A stretch of DNA of 36,984 nucleotides from a virus (Duplodnaviria; Caudoviricetes): IMG/VR virus record IMGVR_UViG_3300010966_000022, positions 1 to 36,984 of that record; one strand, given 5' to 3'. A program made the translations under genes and the position numbers. Below the pieces are notes generated by a model. That model was not told the DNA's origin. It ran no database searches and was given only the letters and a program-made list of their open reading frames with translations. This document shows, piece after piece, positions 8,370 through 16,350 of this stretch; position 1 is the first letter of the stretch; every line of letters starts with the position of its first letter.

Positions 8370-9320
8370 TTATTTCTCCTTGGTTGGGTAAAAACGGACG
8401 TTGCGATAACCTTCTTTTGCACCTATGTATGTGCCAACCATTTCTGGTGTGACAAGCGTGCCTTGCGAGGCCTTGACGGTGCCGCAGGACAGCGATCCGA
8501 CAGAGGTCAATACTTTTGATGCTGAACCAATTGCAAGCAATAGCTCGGCTTTTAATTGAGTCTTCAGTTTTGCTAGATCACCAGCCTCTTTAGAGATAAA
8601 AGCGTAGTGCTTAATCTTGTCTTCGAGGTGGATATCTGCGTTCAGGATTTCATTGGGGTTTGAATTCTTGCGCAACACATCGACGATAAAATCAGAGTCA
8701 GTAATAAAGTCAGGCTCTGGTGGATTGTTGTCACTGACACGCTTCCAGAATGCCGCGACACGTTCTGCAATGTCTTTGCCAATTGCGCGGTCACGCTTGC
8801 GATAAATAATCTTTGGTGTATTGCCACCAACCAAAACGCCAAGCGCGGTCCACTCAATGCCAGCGACTTCCATCTGGTGCTGAATCTGCAACTCGATATG
8901 CGCAGGGCCTTCGATGTTACCAGCGCCATCGTCAACCCAGTTTTTGCTGTACACCAGCGAGTCAACGTTTTTGATCTCGAGGATGCCTTCGCCATCAGGA
9001 TGATTCTTGATTTTGAAATCAAACGATGAACCCATACGCAAGTCGGTGTCGCGCATGTAAACATCAAACTTTTCAATTTGCCAGCCTTGGTCTTCAGCAA
9101 TACCAGCGGCAATGATTGACTCGAGGCGCGTACCCCACTTCATGCGTTCGTTCTCTTCAATCTTCACAATCAATTGATCGCGCTTTTGGTGGAACAATTC
9201 AAACTCACTGATGTATGGTGACAGGCCATAGAGGGCCGACACTTCAGTGCTAGTGATATCTTTCAGGCGCTCGCCAAGCCATTGTGACTGGCTTTCAATT
9301 TCAATGATCTGCTTACTCAT
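8370..9320 (-). CDS. YqaJ / lambda-exonuclease family recombination nuclease
   Basis: WLxxR...ITSTEVSALYGLSPY, WGTRLE, SSFD...LEIK and QIQHQM motifs. Confidence 0.9.
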   Translation of the reverse strand: MSKQIIEIESQSQWLGERLKDITSTEVSALYGLSPYISEFELFHQKRDQLIVKIEENERMKWGTRLESIIAAGIAEDQGWQIEKFDVYMRDTDLRMGSSFDFKIKNHPDGEGILEIKNVDSLVYSKNWVDDGAGNIEGPAHIELQIQHQMEVAGIEWTALGVLVGGNTPKIIYRKRDRAIGKDIAERVAAFWKRVSDNNPPEPDFITDSDFIVDVLRKNSNPNEILNADIHLEDKIKHYAFISKEAGDLAKLKTQLKAELLLAIGSASKVLTSVGSLSCGTVKASQGTLVTPEMVGTYIGAKEGYRNVRFYPTKEK

Positions 9321-9457
9321 TTAAAAATCTCCTGATCGATTAAAAACAAAACGTATGACCAAAGCGCTGTAGCTGAAACAAAAACGATGACATCAAGTTT
9401 GGACCAACGCTTTTTACTCTTGAGCCAATCTTTGTTGGCGTTATCTTGCATCTGCAT
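9317..9457 (-). CDS. Small membrane protein (46 aa, not in ORF track)
   Basis: MQMQDNANKDWLKSKKRWSKLDVIVFVSATALWSYVLFLIDQEIFK; fills the gap, GGAG SD, ATGA overlap with the exonuclease gene. Confidence 0.55.
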   Translation of the reverse strand: MQMQDNANKDWLKSKKRWSKLDVIVFVSATALWSYVLFLIDQEIFK

Positions 9458-9460
9458 TTT

Positions 9461-9721
9461 TTACTCCAAGTAATTTGTTATGGTTTCGTAGATAGATGAT
9501 TCTTCGCGATTATTTAATTTTTTTTCAAGCCACTGTGCGCGTCTACCGCGACGATCTAGAACATGAAACTGTGACTCGCTATAACCGTAGTAATCTAAAT
9601 CTGAAACGTCGTTATAGCTGTAGCTACCTTTTACTGACTTGTGGCAAATGACACCGATCAAGCATGGGATGCCAGCGACACGATGTTCAATTTCAGCAAT
9701 GTAGTTATGTTGCTGTTTCAT
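9461..9721 (-). CDS. Hypothetical early protein
   Basis: ORF in a tightly packed operon; ATG 9721 has a GGAG SD. Confidence 0.65.
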   Translation of the reverse strand: MKQQHNYIAEIEHRVAGIPCLIGVICHKSVKGSYSYNDVSDLDYYGYSESQFHVLDRRGRRAQWLEKKLNNREESSIYETITNYLE

Positions 9722-9722
9722 G

Positions 9723-9905
9723 TTATTCGCTCCACTCATCTTCAACTACGGTGACATTTAATTTGCTGGCATCGTCACCAAACAATGTGATTTCGGTGCG
9801 GCTGCCGTTTTTTTCTGTGATCGTAATGACACGCCAAAGTGTGTCACCAGACTTTTTTAAATCTGTGATGGTGATCTTTTTTGTGTGGTGTACGTTAATG
9901 TCCAT
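9723..9905 (-). CDS. Hypothetical early protein
   Basis: ATG 9905 with AGGAG SD, just downstream of the promoter at 9934-9964. Confidence 0.65.
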   Translation of the reverse strand: MDINVHHTKKITITDLKKSGDTLWRVITITEKNGSRTEITLFGDDASKLNVTVVEDEWSE

Positions 9906-9933
9906 TTGTAGCTCCTTGTGTTTGTGTGTGATA

Positions 9934-9964
9934 AATATAGCACGTTTTGTTGATTGTGTGTCAA
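9934..9964 (-). promoter_or_regulatory. Leftward sigma70-type promoter
   Basis: Minus strand TTGACA-N19-TATATT with extended -10 (TGc); the spacer is long. Confidence 0.55.
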
Positions 9965-9966
9965 CA
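9948..9966. promoter_or_regulatory. Putative operator 1 (TGTTGA-N7-TCAACA)
   Basis: Perfect 6-bp inverted repeat overlapping the -35; related copies at 10718 and 10826. Confidence 0.6.
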
Positions 9967-10233
9967 CCTATCTGCAATATCGCCTGCTGCTATCCATAAA
10001 ATTCGTTGTAAATTTTTCTCATGGTGATTGAGTTCGTCTTCGTCCCAAGCGCCGTACTCGCGCAATTCTTTTTTCAAAAGCTCCGGGTCAAGCTTGGCAA
10101 GCTGGCGAGCGATAGAGGGCACCACCGAAAGCGCGAGAACGTCTGCGTCGCATGGCCCGGGATGAGTGCAGGCCAGCGCCTGCGACTTGGTCATTTGAAT
10201 TTCAATAAGGCCTGATGATGTTGTAAACCACAT
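9961..10233 (-). CDS. Hypothetical early protein
   Basis: 90-aa ORF with GGGAG SD, packed in the operon. Confidence 0.7.
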   Translation of the reverse strand: MWFTTSSGLIEIQMTKSQALACTHPGPCDADVLALSVVPSIARQLAKLDPELLKKELREYGAWDEDELNHHEKNLQRILWIAAGDIADRC

Positions 10234-10236
10234 GAT

Positions 10237-10479
10237 TTATCTCCCAGCCTGTATTGCGGGACAGTCCTTGCCCGTACTGCGGGCTGCTGCTTGCAATTTG
10301 TTAGCTGGCGCGTCGCAATGTCCTTCTTCGATTAAACGCATCGCTGTGCGTCCGAACCAGCCTTGCAAGGTCCAAGCCATGCCAGTGTCAATTAAACGCT
10401 GCCACGCCTCGATATACTGGTCCTGCGATTCTGCTTCGATGAAACCTTCGGCAATGCCGACTGCTGTGAAATTGTCCAT
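10237..10479 (-). CDS. Hypothetical early protein
   Basis: AWQRLIDTGMAWTLQGWFGRTAMRLIEEG resembles a recurrent small phage protein; AGGAG SD. Confidence 0.75.
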   Translation of the reverse strand: MDNFTAVGIAEGFIEAESQDQYIEAWQRLIDTGMAWTLQGWFGRTAMRLIEEGHCDAPANKLQAAARSTGKDCPAIQAGR

Positions 10480-10489
10480 TTTTAATCTC

Positions 10490-10690
10490 CTATTTAGCTG
10501 CGTTCAAAACTGCTGTATCAACCCAATCATTAATCTGGGCAGGACACCAACCATTCTTTTGCTTGCGCCCACGATGCAGATTGAGCAAATGGCAAAAAGT
10601 GTTTTGTTCTGTTTGAGCGCCCACACCAATAACTTTCCAAACCTCGCCCATGTGGACGATTGTTTTGTCTAAAAAATTCTGCTTGTTCAT
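10490..10690 (-). CDS. Hypothetical protein, first gene of the leftward early operon
   Basis: GGAG SD; lies just downstream of a near-consensus promoter. Confidence 0.7.
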   Translation of the reverse strand: MNKQNFLDKTIVHMGEVWKVIGVGAQTEQNTFCHLLNLHRGRKQKNGWCPAQINDWVDTAVLNAAK

Positions 10691-10717
10691 TTTGAATCTC
10701 CGTTTGCGTTGTTGATA

Positions 10718-10736
10718 TGGTGATATTAGATCAACA
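10718..10736. promoter_or_regulatory. Putative operator 2 (TGGTGA-N7-TCAACA)
   Basis: Overlaps the -10 of the leftward promoter. Confidence 0.6.
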
Positions 10737-10751
10737 CTTTGAGCGTGTCAA
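10723..10751 (-). promoter_or_regulatory. Leftward sigma70 promoter (PL-like)
   Basis: Minus strand TTGACA-N17-TAATAT. Confidence 0.8.
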
Positions 10752-10816
10752 ATCGTGTGACTTTGTGAGATTAGATAGTGTTGCGTTTTTATCACATCGC
10801 TCTATGAAAAATCGAG

Positions 10817-10845
10817 TTTTCAAGCTGGTGATAATGTGTCATCAT
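10817..10845 (+). promoter_or_regulatory. Possible rightward promoter for the cro-like gene (leaderless)
   Basis: TTTTCA-N17-CATCAT with extended TG; ATG 10852 is 6 nt after the hexamer and has no SD. Confidence 0.4.
10826..10844. promoter_or_regulatory. Putative operator 3 (TGGTGA-N7-TCATCA)
   Basis: Directly upstream of the cro-like ATG. Confidence 0.55.
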
Positions 10846-10851
10846 TGACAT

Positions 10852-11076
10852 ATGAACAACATACACATAACCCCCGTAGAACTCGCCATCGATTTATTCG
10901 GTGGTGTCCGTAAACTAGCCCGTGTCGTGGGCCGTGACCCGGCTGCGGTGTCGCGATGGAAAAAGTCAGGCGTGGTGCCTACCTCTGTCCAGCGTAAATT
11001 GCTTGAGATTGCCTCGGAGCGGGGCATCACAATCACAGCGCACGACATCATCTTCGGGCGCGAAATAAATGGTTGA
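10852..11076 (+). CDS. Cro-like HTH regulator
   Basis: IDLFGGVRKLARVVGRDPAAVSRWKKSGVVP; first rightward gene. Confidence 0.85.
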   Translation: MNNIHITPVELAIDLFGGVRKLARVVGRDPAAVSRWKKSGVVPTSVQRKLLEIASERGITITAHDIIFGREING

Positions 11077-11446
11077 GCACATGGAGCTAGAATTGCCATG
11101 GCCCCCAAGTGTCAACACCTACTGGCGGCACCCAAGCAGTGGGCCACTTGCTGGCAGGCATTTGATTAGCGGCAAGGGCCGCTTGTATCGCGCACTGGTG
11201 CAAGGCATTTGCCACTTTAAACCAAACGTCACTGGCGCGCTGTCCATTGAGATCAAAGCCTACCCGCCTGACCGACGCACTCGCGACTTGGACAATATTT
11301 TAAAAAGTTTGCTGGACTCACTGGTCCACGCGAACATCATCGCAGACGATGGCAACATTGATCGGCTGCTAATCGAACGTCAGCACGTTATCGCTGGCGG
11401 CAAAGTAATCGTGACCATACGGAGATTAAATGAAGAAGACTTATGA
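11069..11446 (+). CDS. rusA: RusA Holliday junction resolvase
   Basis: LPWPPSVNTYWR, PPDRRTRDLDNILKSLLDSL and DD motifs. Confidence 0.93.
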   Translation: MVEHMELELPWPPSVNTYWRHPSSGPLAGRHLISGKGRLYRALVQGICHFKPNVTGALSIEIKAYPPDRRTRDLDNILKSLLDSLVHANIIADDGNIDRLLIERQHVIAGGKVIVTIRRLNEEDL

Positions 11447-11729
11447 CTTGGCTGTAAAAACTGGCAGCTACAAAGACAATAAAGGTGAGCAAAAAAACCG
11501 ATACGAAAATATCGGTACTGTCGTTGAAGGTGATAACGGGCCGTACATCATCATGAAGCGCACGTTTAACCCGGCTGGTGTTCCGAACCCAGAGAACCGC
11601 GACACAATCGTGGTGAGCATGTTTACGCCAAAGGATGGTAATTCTGCGCCTGCGTCGGCCCCAGCCCAGCAACAGCAAAATACCGCCCCCTCTGGGAACC
11701 CAGCTAATGGCGATGATATTCCTTTTTAA
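11430..11729 (+). CDS. Putative single-stranded DNA-binding protein
   Basis: Short beta-rich domain, P/Q/A linker and C-terminal DDIPF acidic tip. Confidence 0.6.
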   Translation: MKKTYDLAVKTGSYKDNKGEQKNRYENIGTVVEGDNGPYIIMKRTFNPAGVPNPENRDTIVVSMFTPKDGNSAPASAPAQQQQNTAPSGNPANGDDIPF

Positions 11730-12043
11730 TGGTGGCAACAATGAGTCTTTTTAGAAGCATTCGAGGCTGGGCGCATGAGCGCAATCTCATAGACGGCAGC
11801 AACCCTCAAGCGCAGTTTGTAAAACTGATCGAAGAGGCAGGCGAGCTTGCGGCTGGCATTGCAAGAAAACAACAGGCTGCTGTCGAGGATGGCATTGGTG
11901 ACATGATCGTCGTGCTTACCATCTTGGCAGAGCAACATGGCGTTGACATAGAGCAATGCATTGAGGTCGCATGGCACAGCATTAAGGACCGAACAGGCCG
12001 TATGGTGGACGGCGTTTTTATCAAAGATTCCGAAAATAAATAA
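11729..12043 (+). CDS. MazG-like nucleotide pyrophosphohydrolase
   Basis: WAHERNL, KLIEEAGEL, DGIGD and IKDRTGRMVDGVFIK motifs; start may be 11741. Confidence 0.88.
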   Translation: MVATMSLFRSIRGWAHERNLIDGSNPQAQFVKLIEEAGELAAGIARKQQAAVEDGIGDMIVVLTILAEQHGVDIEQCIEVAWHSIKDRTGRMVDGVFIKDSENK

Positions 12044-12049
12044 AAAAGG

Positions 12050-12080
12050 TTGACGCTCTACGTTGTATTTCGTTTAGAAT
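12050..12080 (+). promoter_or_regulatory. Possible promoter for replication genes
   Basis: TTGACG-N19-TAGAAT in an AT-rich intergenic gap; the spacer is long. Confidence 0.45.
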
Positions 12081-12112
12081 TATTAAACGTTATTCAACAG
12101 GAGTGTTAACAA

Positions 12113-12295
12113 ATGGAATCACCTCGCATTCTCGCGGCAAAATCAGGCCAGAGAAAATACACAGGAAAGCCTTGCAAGGCGTGCGGCGCGACACTGCGTT
12201 ACACGATTAATTCTGGGTGCGTTGCATGCACACTTAAGGCCAGAGAACAGGACAGCAAGAACGTCAGAGAGCTTCTTGAAAAGGCTGGTGCGTGA
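12113..12295 (+). CDS. Small zinc-finger-like protein
   Basis: YTGKPCKAC...RY...CVAC; AGGAG SD. Confidence 0.7.
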   Translation: MESPRILAAKSGQRKYTGKPCKACGATLRYTINSGCVACTLKAREQDSKNVRELLEKAGA

Positions 12296-13089
12296 TGCAT
12301 TACTACAATTTCAACATTGGTGACTATGACAGTCACACCAAGCATCTGACCCCGATAGAAGACCTGATATATCGCAGATTGCTGGACCTTTACTACTTGA
12401 CTGAACAACCGATTAACGCCAGTTCAACGGTCGTTGCACGGCGTATCAACATGCGTGGTCATGAAGATGAAGTGCAGTCAATTCTTGATGAGTTTTTTGA
12501 GCTTACACCTGACAATGAGTACATCAATAAACGCGCTGATGAAGAGATTTCCAAGTACCACTTCAAGCTGGAAGCCGCATCCAGAGCGGGTAAGGCATCA
12601 GCGCAACGAAGGCTTAACGACCGTTCAACTGGCGTTCAACTAAACAATAAACAAGAAACAATAAACAATAAACAATTAAAAGAATTGGAACCGCAACCCA
12701 AAAAATCCAAAGCCAAAAGGCTTGACCAAAGCTGGGAGCTACCAGACGAGTGGGCAATCTGGGCAAAGCAGAACCGCATCGATCTTGATGTCAACAAAAC
12801 TGCTGACGGATTTAAAGACTACTGGCTTGCCGCGCCCGGATCAAAAGGCGTGAAGGCCGATTGGTTTGCCACTTGGCGCAACTGGGTACGAAACCAAAAG
12901 TCTACCGAGCCGACAATTATTTTGCGTGAAGCACCATGGCAAAAGGCAGCGAGACTGCGAGCAGCAGAATTCAGCCCACGCATAGCGGCGCGGGACCCGA
13001 ACGAAGCCGCCAACACTATTGATGAAGACTTTGATTTTTTTACAACACCAAAGGAGATTTCAAATGGCACTACCGATGGCAGCAATTGA
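12292..13089 (+). CDS. Replication initiator-like protein (YdaU/DUF1376 type)
   Basis: MHYYNFNIGDYxxxTxHL...YRRLLDLYY N-terminus; FKDYW...DWFATWRNW C-terminal domain. Confidence 0.85.
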   Translation: MMHYYNFNIGDYDSHTKHLTPIEDLIYRRLLDLYYLTEQPINASSTVVARRINMRGHEDEVQSILDEFFELTPDNEYINKRADEEISKYHFKLEAASRAGKASAQRRLNDRSTGVQLNNKQETINNKQLKELEPQPKKSKAKRLDQSWELPDEWAIWAKQNRIDLDVNKTADGFKDYWLAAPGSKGVKADWFATWRNWVRNQKSTEPTIILREAPWQKAARLRAAEFSPRIAARDPNEAANTIDEDFDFFTTPKEISNGTTDGSN

Positions 13090-13522
13090 CAGGCTATTCG
13101 AGCGCCTGCAAATGACATACGGCGCAGAGTTTTTAAACAAGTGGGCAAACCTTAACGCCGGGGAAGTCAAATCTCATTGGGCGCATGAGCTTGCATCTTT
13201 TTCTGACAATCTGAACGCAATTGGTTGGGCGTTGCAAAACCTACCAGACCGATGCCCGAACCTGATCGAGTTTAAGTCTTTGGTAAAACATGCCCCAAAA
13301 CCAACCACGATGGCGCTGGAGGCTCCAAAAGCTCCAGTTGAGGTGGTTGATAGGGTAATGGCAGAAATCGCCTCCAAGGCCTTTAAATTGCCCCGGGATG
13401 AAAAAGGCCAGATCGATCACAAGCGATGGGCAAAGAAATTGTTGCAGCGCCACAAAAAAGGAGAGCCGCTTGGACTTCATCAAATCAAGGCCTACAAGGC
13501 CGCACTGGAGATCAAAGAATGA
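13064..13522 (+). CDS. Replication-associated protein (lambda P / helicase-loader position)
   Basis: IDRLFERLQMTYGAEF...W...L...PNLIEF pattern right after the initiator; AAGGAG SD before ATG 13064. Confidence 0.6.
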   Translation: MALPMAAIDRLFERLQMTYGAEFLNKWANLNAGEVKSHWAHELASFSDNLNAIGWALQNLPDRCPNLIEFKSLVKHAPKPTTMALEAPKAPVEVVDRVMAEIASKAFKLPRDEKGQIDHKRWAKKLLQRHKKGEPLGLHQIKAYKAALEIKE

Positions 13523-13725
13523 GCGACAGAATCGAAGACATATACGAACAGGTTATTAATGAAAACTCTAGCGACCCGCTGCGTAGGTTTGCAGAATTGT
13601 TGTGTGAGGATGAACATCATAAGTTTTGTAATTTTTTAATGCGTCTGCACAACAAATACAAAAACCAGCACAACCATTTCCATGTTGCAGCCGTAAATTT
13701 CTGGGAGAAAAAAAATGAAAGCTGA
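13519..13725 (+). CDS. Hypothetical protein
   Basis: ATGA overlap with the previous gene; GGAG SD. Confidence 0.6.
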   Translation: MSDRIEDIYEQVINENSSDPLRRFAELLCEDEHHKFCNFLMRLHNKYKNQHNHFHVAAVNFWEKKNES

Positions 13726-13894
13726 CCACGTTGTGATGAACACATCGACAAGCGCGTTTGAATGCAGGCATTGCGGGAAAACTTATGCGCCAACCATGCC
13801 AGCGCCAATAACGGTATTTGCAAGCATGGCAAAAGAGTTTTCAAAAATTCATAGGCACTGCAAGCCTACACACACATTAAAGGAGCAAGCATGA
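13715..13894 (+). CDS. Small Cys/His protein (59 aa, not in ORF track)
   Basis: MKADHVVMNTSTSAFECRHCGK...HRHC...; GGGAG SD; ATGA overlap with the next gene. Confidence 0.65.
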   Translation: MKADHVVMNTSTSAFECRHCGKTYAPTMPAPITVFASMAKEFSKIHRHCKPTHTLKEQA

Positions 13895-14628
13895 CTGACC
13901 TACGCAAAGCAGCAGAGGAAGCCGCAAAGGTATTGGCTAACGCACTATCAATAGATTTCAATGACAAGCGTGATTGGTATTCGTACAAGCATGATGTTGA
14001 GTATGCAGCCAATCTTTTATGCCAAGCACTCGCACAGCTTGATAGCACATCAGATTCTGCAACTCGTTCTGCAGATTCTGCAGAATCGTTCTGCAAACAA
14101 GAATTACACAATCTTATGTCTGTTGCAGGACGCATGGCATTGGAGCTTGAGTGCCTATTGTTGGATACTAAAGATTTGTCTGTTGTCAGCAAGTGGTGGG
14201 ACACTGGCATGGAGTCTTTGCAAGCCTACCGTGACTATATTTGGAGCATTACACATGGAAAAGAAGAAATAATCGCCCTCGCACAGCCGGAGCAAGAGCC
14301 TGTTTGGACAATAGAAGAATGTGATCGCACAGCCAAGACGCTTCGTTATATACAAGGAATCGCAGAGCGGGGGGAATGTCGTGCAATGCGCGAGGACGAA
14401 TCGCTTGAACAATTTTTATTATTGTATGTTCAAAAACTGGAAAAACAACAAGATATAAAAACACAAACAGTTCGTGTATTAACCGAGCAATGCGCCACAC
14501 TGATACAAGAGCGCGACGATTTACAAAAAGAAGTCTGGTCGAACAAAGGCCAAGCACTCGCACAGGGTAAGAAAACTTGCTGTTGTGATGACCCAAATGT
14601 ACCAGAGGTAAACAATCATGGCCTTTAA
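13891..14628 (+). CDS. Mosaic nin-region-like protein with repeated ALAQ junctions
   Basis: AAGGAG SD; MTDLRKAAE start, three ALAQ motifs and QPEQEPV. Confidence 0.65.
   Translation: MTDLRKAAEEAAKVLANALSIDFNDKRDWYSYKHDVEYAANLLCQALAQLDSTSDSATRSADSAESFCKQELHNLMSVAGRMALELECLLLDTKDLSVVSKWWDTGMESLQAYRDYIWSITHGKEEIIALAQPEQEPVWTIEECDRTAKTLRYIQGIAERGECRAMREDESLEQFLLLYVQKLEKQQDIKTQTVRVLTEQCATLIQERDDLQKEVWSNKGQALAQGKKTCCCDDPNVPEVNNHGL
14021..14565 (+). repeat. 17-bp direct repeat GCCAAGCACTCGCACAG (14021-14037, 14549-14565) with a partial copy at 14275-14286
   Basis: Read directly from the sequence. Confidence 0.8.
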
Positions 14629-15184
14629 CGTTCGAGTTCCTGATTGGATTATTGAGGACAGTAAAGATTTTGTGTCTAGGTGCAACGTAGGCCAGCGCGG
14701 TGATGGCAGTGACGGAAATCAAGAGCAGCAGATTGTTGGCGCTATTGGTCAAAACGTTTTGCTTGCAGCGCTTGGTATGCCATCGATGCAGCCAAGCAAT
14801 GGTCCTGATGGTGGAGTTGATGCAACGATATACGGCATGACGTTTGACATTAAAACAATGGGCCGCACAGTCACACCGCGCATCGATTACGTTAACAACA
14901 TCTTGCAATCACAAACCAAGTACAAAGTAGATGGGTACATCTTTGCGAGCTTAAACAAAAATACAATGGACCTGACAATCTGTGGCTGGCTACCAAAACA
15001 ATTGTTTTTTGATCGGGCCACACTGCACGACAAGGGCGAGACTCGAACCCGCGCAGACAACACAACGTTTCAAATGCGCGCAGCAACTTACGAACTGTCA
15101 ATGCGCAACGTTTTTTATCTTGCAAAAAATTGGGATGAACTTTTTAACGAGATCAATTTATTTTCACCGGAGGTAACAGCATGA
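14618..15184 (+). CDS. Putative PD-(D/E)xK nuclease-fold protein
   Basis: GxxGQ helix, DGGVD...FDIKT, then YIF...ICGWL. Confidence 0.55.
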   Translation: MAFNVRVPDWIIEDSKDFVSRCNVGQRGDGSDGNQEQQIVGAIGQNVLLAALGMPSMQPSNGPDGGVDATIYGMTFDIKTMGRTVTPRIDYVNNILQSQTKYKVDGYIFASLNKNTMDLTICGWLPKQLFFDRATLHDKGETRTRADNTTFQMRAATYELSMRNVFYLAKNWDELFNEINLFSPEVTA

Positions 15185-15447
15185 AGTTTTGTAGAACGTT
15201 CGACGTACCAAGGTACCAACAAATTGTCATGATCAAAAAGCAAAGCGAAGAAGGCGCGCCAGAGATCAGATTCTTTTTTCAACCAGATGGCTATGGTGTT
15301 TGTCATTTCGGTATTGGCTGGAACGATGACGATGACGCTGAAAAAAAATCAGACGAAGCATTCAACAAAATGGTGCCGCGTGAAGTTATTGAAATTGTTG
15401 ATGGGTACATGAAGCACATGCAAGCCAAGGCGCAGAATGCACACTAA
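15181..15447 (+). CDS. Hypothetical protein
   Basis: GGAGGT SD; ATGA overlap. Confidence 0.65.
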   Translation: MKFCRTFDVPRYQQIVMIKKQSEEGAPEIRFFFQPDGYGVCHFGIGWNDDDDAEKKSDEAFNKMVPREVIEIVDGYMKHMQAKAQNAH

Positions 15448-15679
15448 CTGCGACGCATGCCAGAAAAGCAAAACGAAAGAACTAGTTGATGGCAAGCTGG
15501 TTTGCTCTGATTGCGTGCATTGGATGATTGAATGCGAGGCACGATTTATTTTGCAAATGCCTCTCATGACTCGCAGAGCAATGCTTGAAACCAGAGAGAT
15601 CAAACGAGGCAAAGCTTCAGTAAACAGATTAAAGGAAGTGATTCATGCAGTCTTCAACAAACAGCGTATCAATGGCTGA
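15437..15679 (+). CDS. Hypothetical protein with CxxC pairs
   Basis: CDAC...CSDC, then ECEARFIL...RR...KRG. Confidence 0.65.
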   Translation: MHTNCDACQKSKTKELVDGKLVCSDCVHWMIECEARFILQMPLMTRRAMLETREIKRGKASVNRLKEVIHAVFNKQRING

Positions 15680-15824
15680 CAAAAAATATTGCACCGGATG
15701 TCAAACACTACGTTCACAATCAGAAGGAGAAAAAGTAAAACGAGGAAAAGCTACTAGATGGATTTGTAATTTCTGTAAGGCCAAAACCAATAAATCAATT
15801 TACGCAAGTAAAACAAGGACATGA
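15672..15824 (+). CDS. Small zinc-ribbon protein (50 aa, not in ORF track)
   Basis: MADKKYCTGCQ...RWICNFCK; fills the gap; ATGA overlap with the next ORF. Confidence 0.65.
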   Translation: MADKKYCTGCQTLRSQSEGEKVKRGKATRWICNFCKAKTNKSIYASKTRT

Positions 15825-16003
15825 CCATGAACAACATTCAACACAAGCCGTACACACCAGCAGTAAAAACCAACATCAGCGAAACGTTTAGAAAACAAAT
15901 TGTTGATGGCAGGCCATACGTCCCGGCCTCGGAGGACCCGGAGGTAATTGCAAAATGGGACTATTACAAAAACCTCCAATACCTAGAAGCAAACAAACCA
16001 TAA
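15821..16003 (+). CDS. Hypothetical protein
   Basis: ORF in a packed operon with AAGGA SD. Confidence 0.55.
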   Translation: MTMNNIQHKPYTPAVKTNISETFRKQIVDGRPYVPASEDPEVIAKWDYYKNLQYLEANKP

Positions 16004-16004
16004 G

Positions 16005-16217
16005 GTGAGCGCGATGACCGAAGACGATGCTTGGAAAATGCTTGAAGAGAAACAAAAAGCTGAAGAGATCAACCGGGTGCGTTTAAAAGCTTGGGATGCT
16101 TCAGGTGCTTTTGTTGATAAAGAATCAACGCAACTTGGAATGATTACTTTGCGCAGGGCATTTGAAATTGGTTATCGCGCTGGGTACCAAGATGCACTAG
16201 ACGGCACAAAAAAGTAA
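16005..16217 (+). CDS. Hypothetical protein
   Basis: ORF in a packed operon ending ...AFEIGYRAGYQD. Confidence 0.55.
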   Translation: MSAMTEDDAWKMLEEKQKAEEINRVRLKAWDASGAFVDKESTQLGMITLRRAFEIGYRAGYQDALDGTKK

Positions 16218-16221
16218 ACCG

Positions 16222-16288
16222 TTGCATATTAATCAATGTGCCGATTAAAATGTTTGTGTGGGTAAAAGGTGTTAGCGACCTTTTTTTT
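16222..16288 (+). promoter_or_regulatory. Possible promoter followed by a terminator/attenuator-like hairpin
   Basis: TTGCAT-N18-TAAAAT, then AAAAGGT-gttagcg-ACCTTTTTTTT. Confidence 0.4.
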
Positions 16289-16350
16289 GTAGTGTTTTGA
16301 AAACCCTGCTTTATGGGACCCCACACGAAATTTGTTTATTGCGCAACCAA

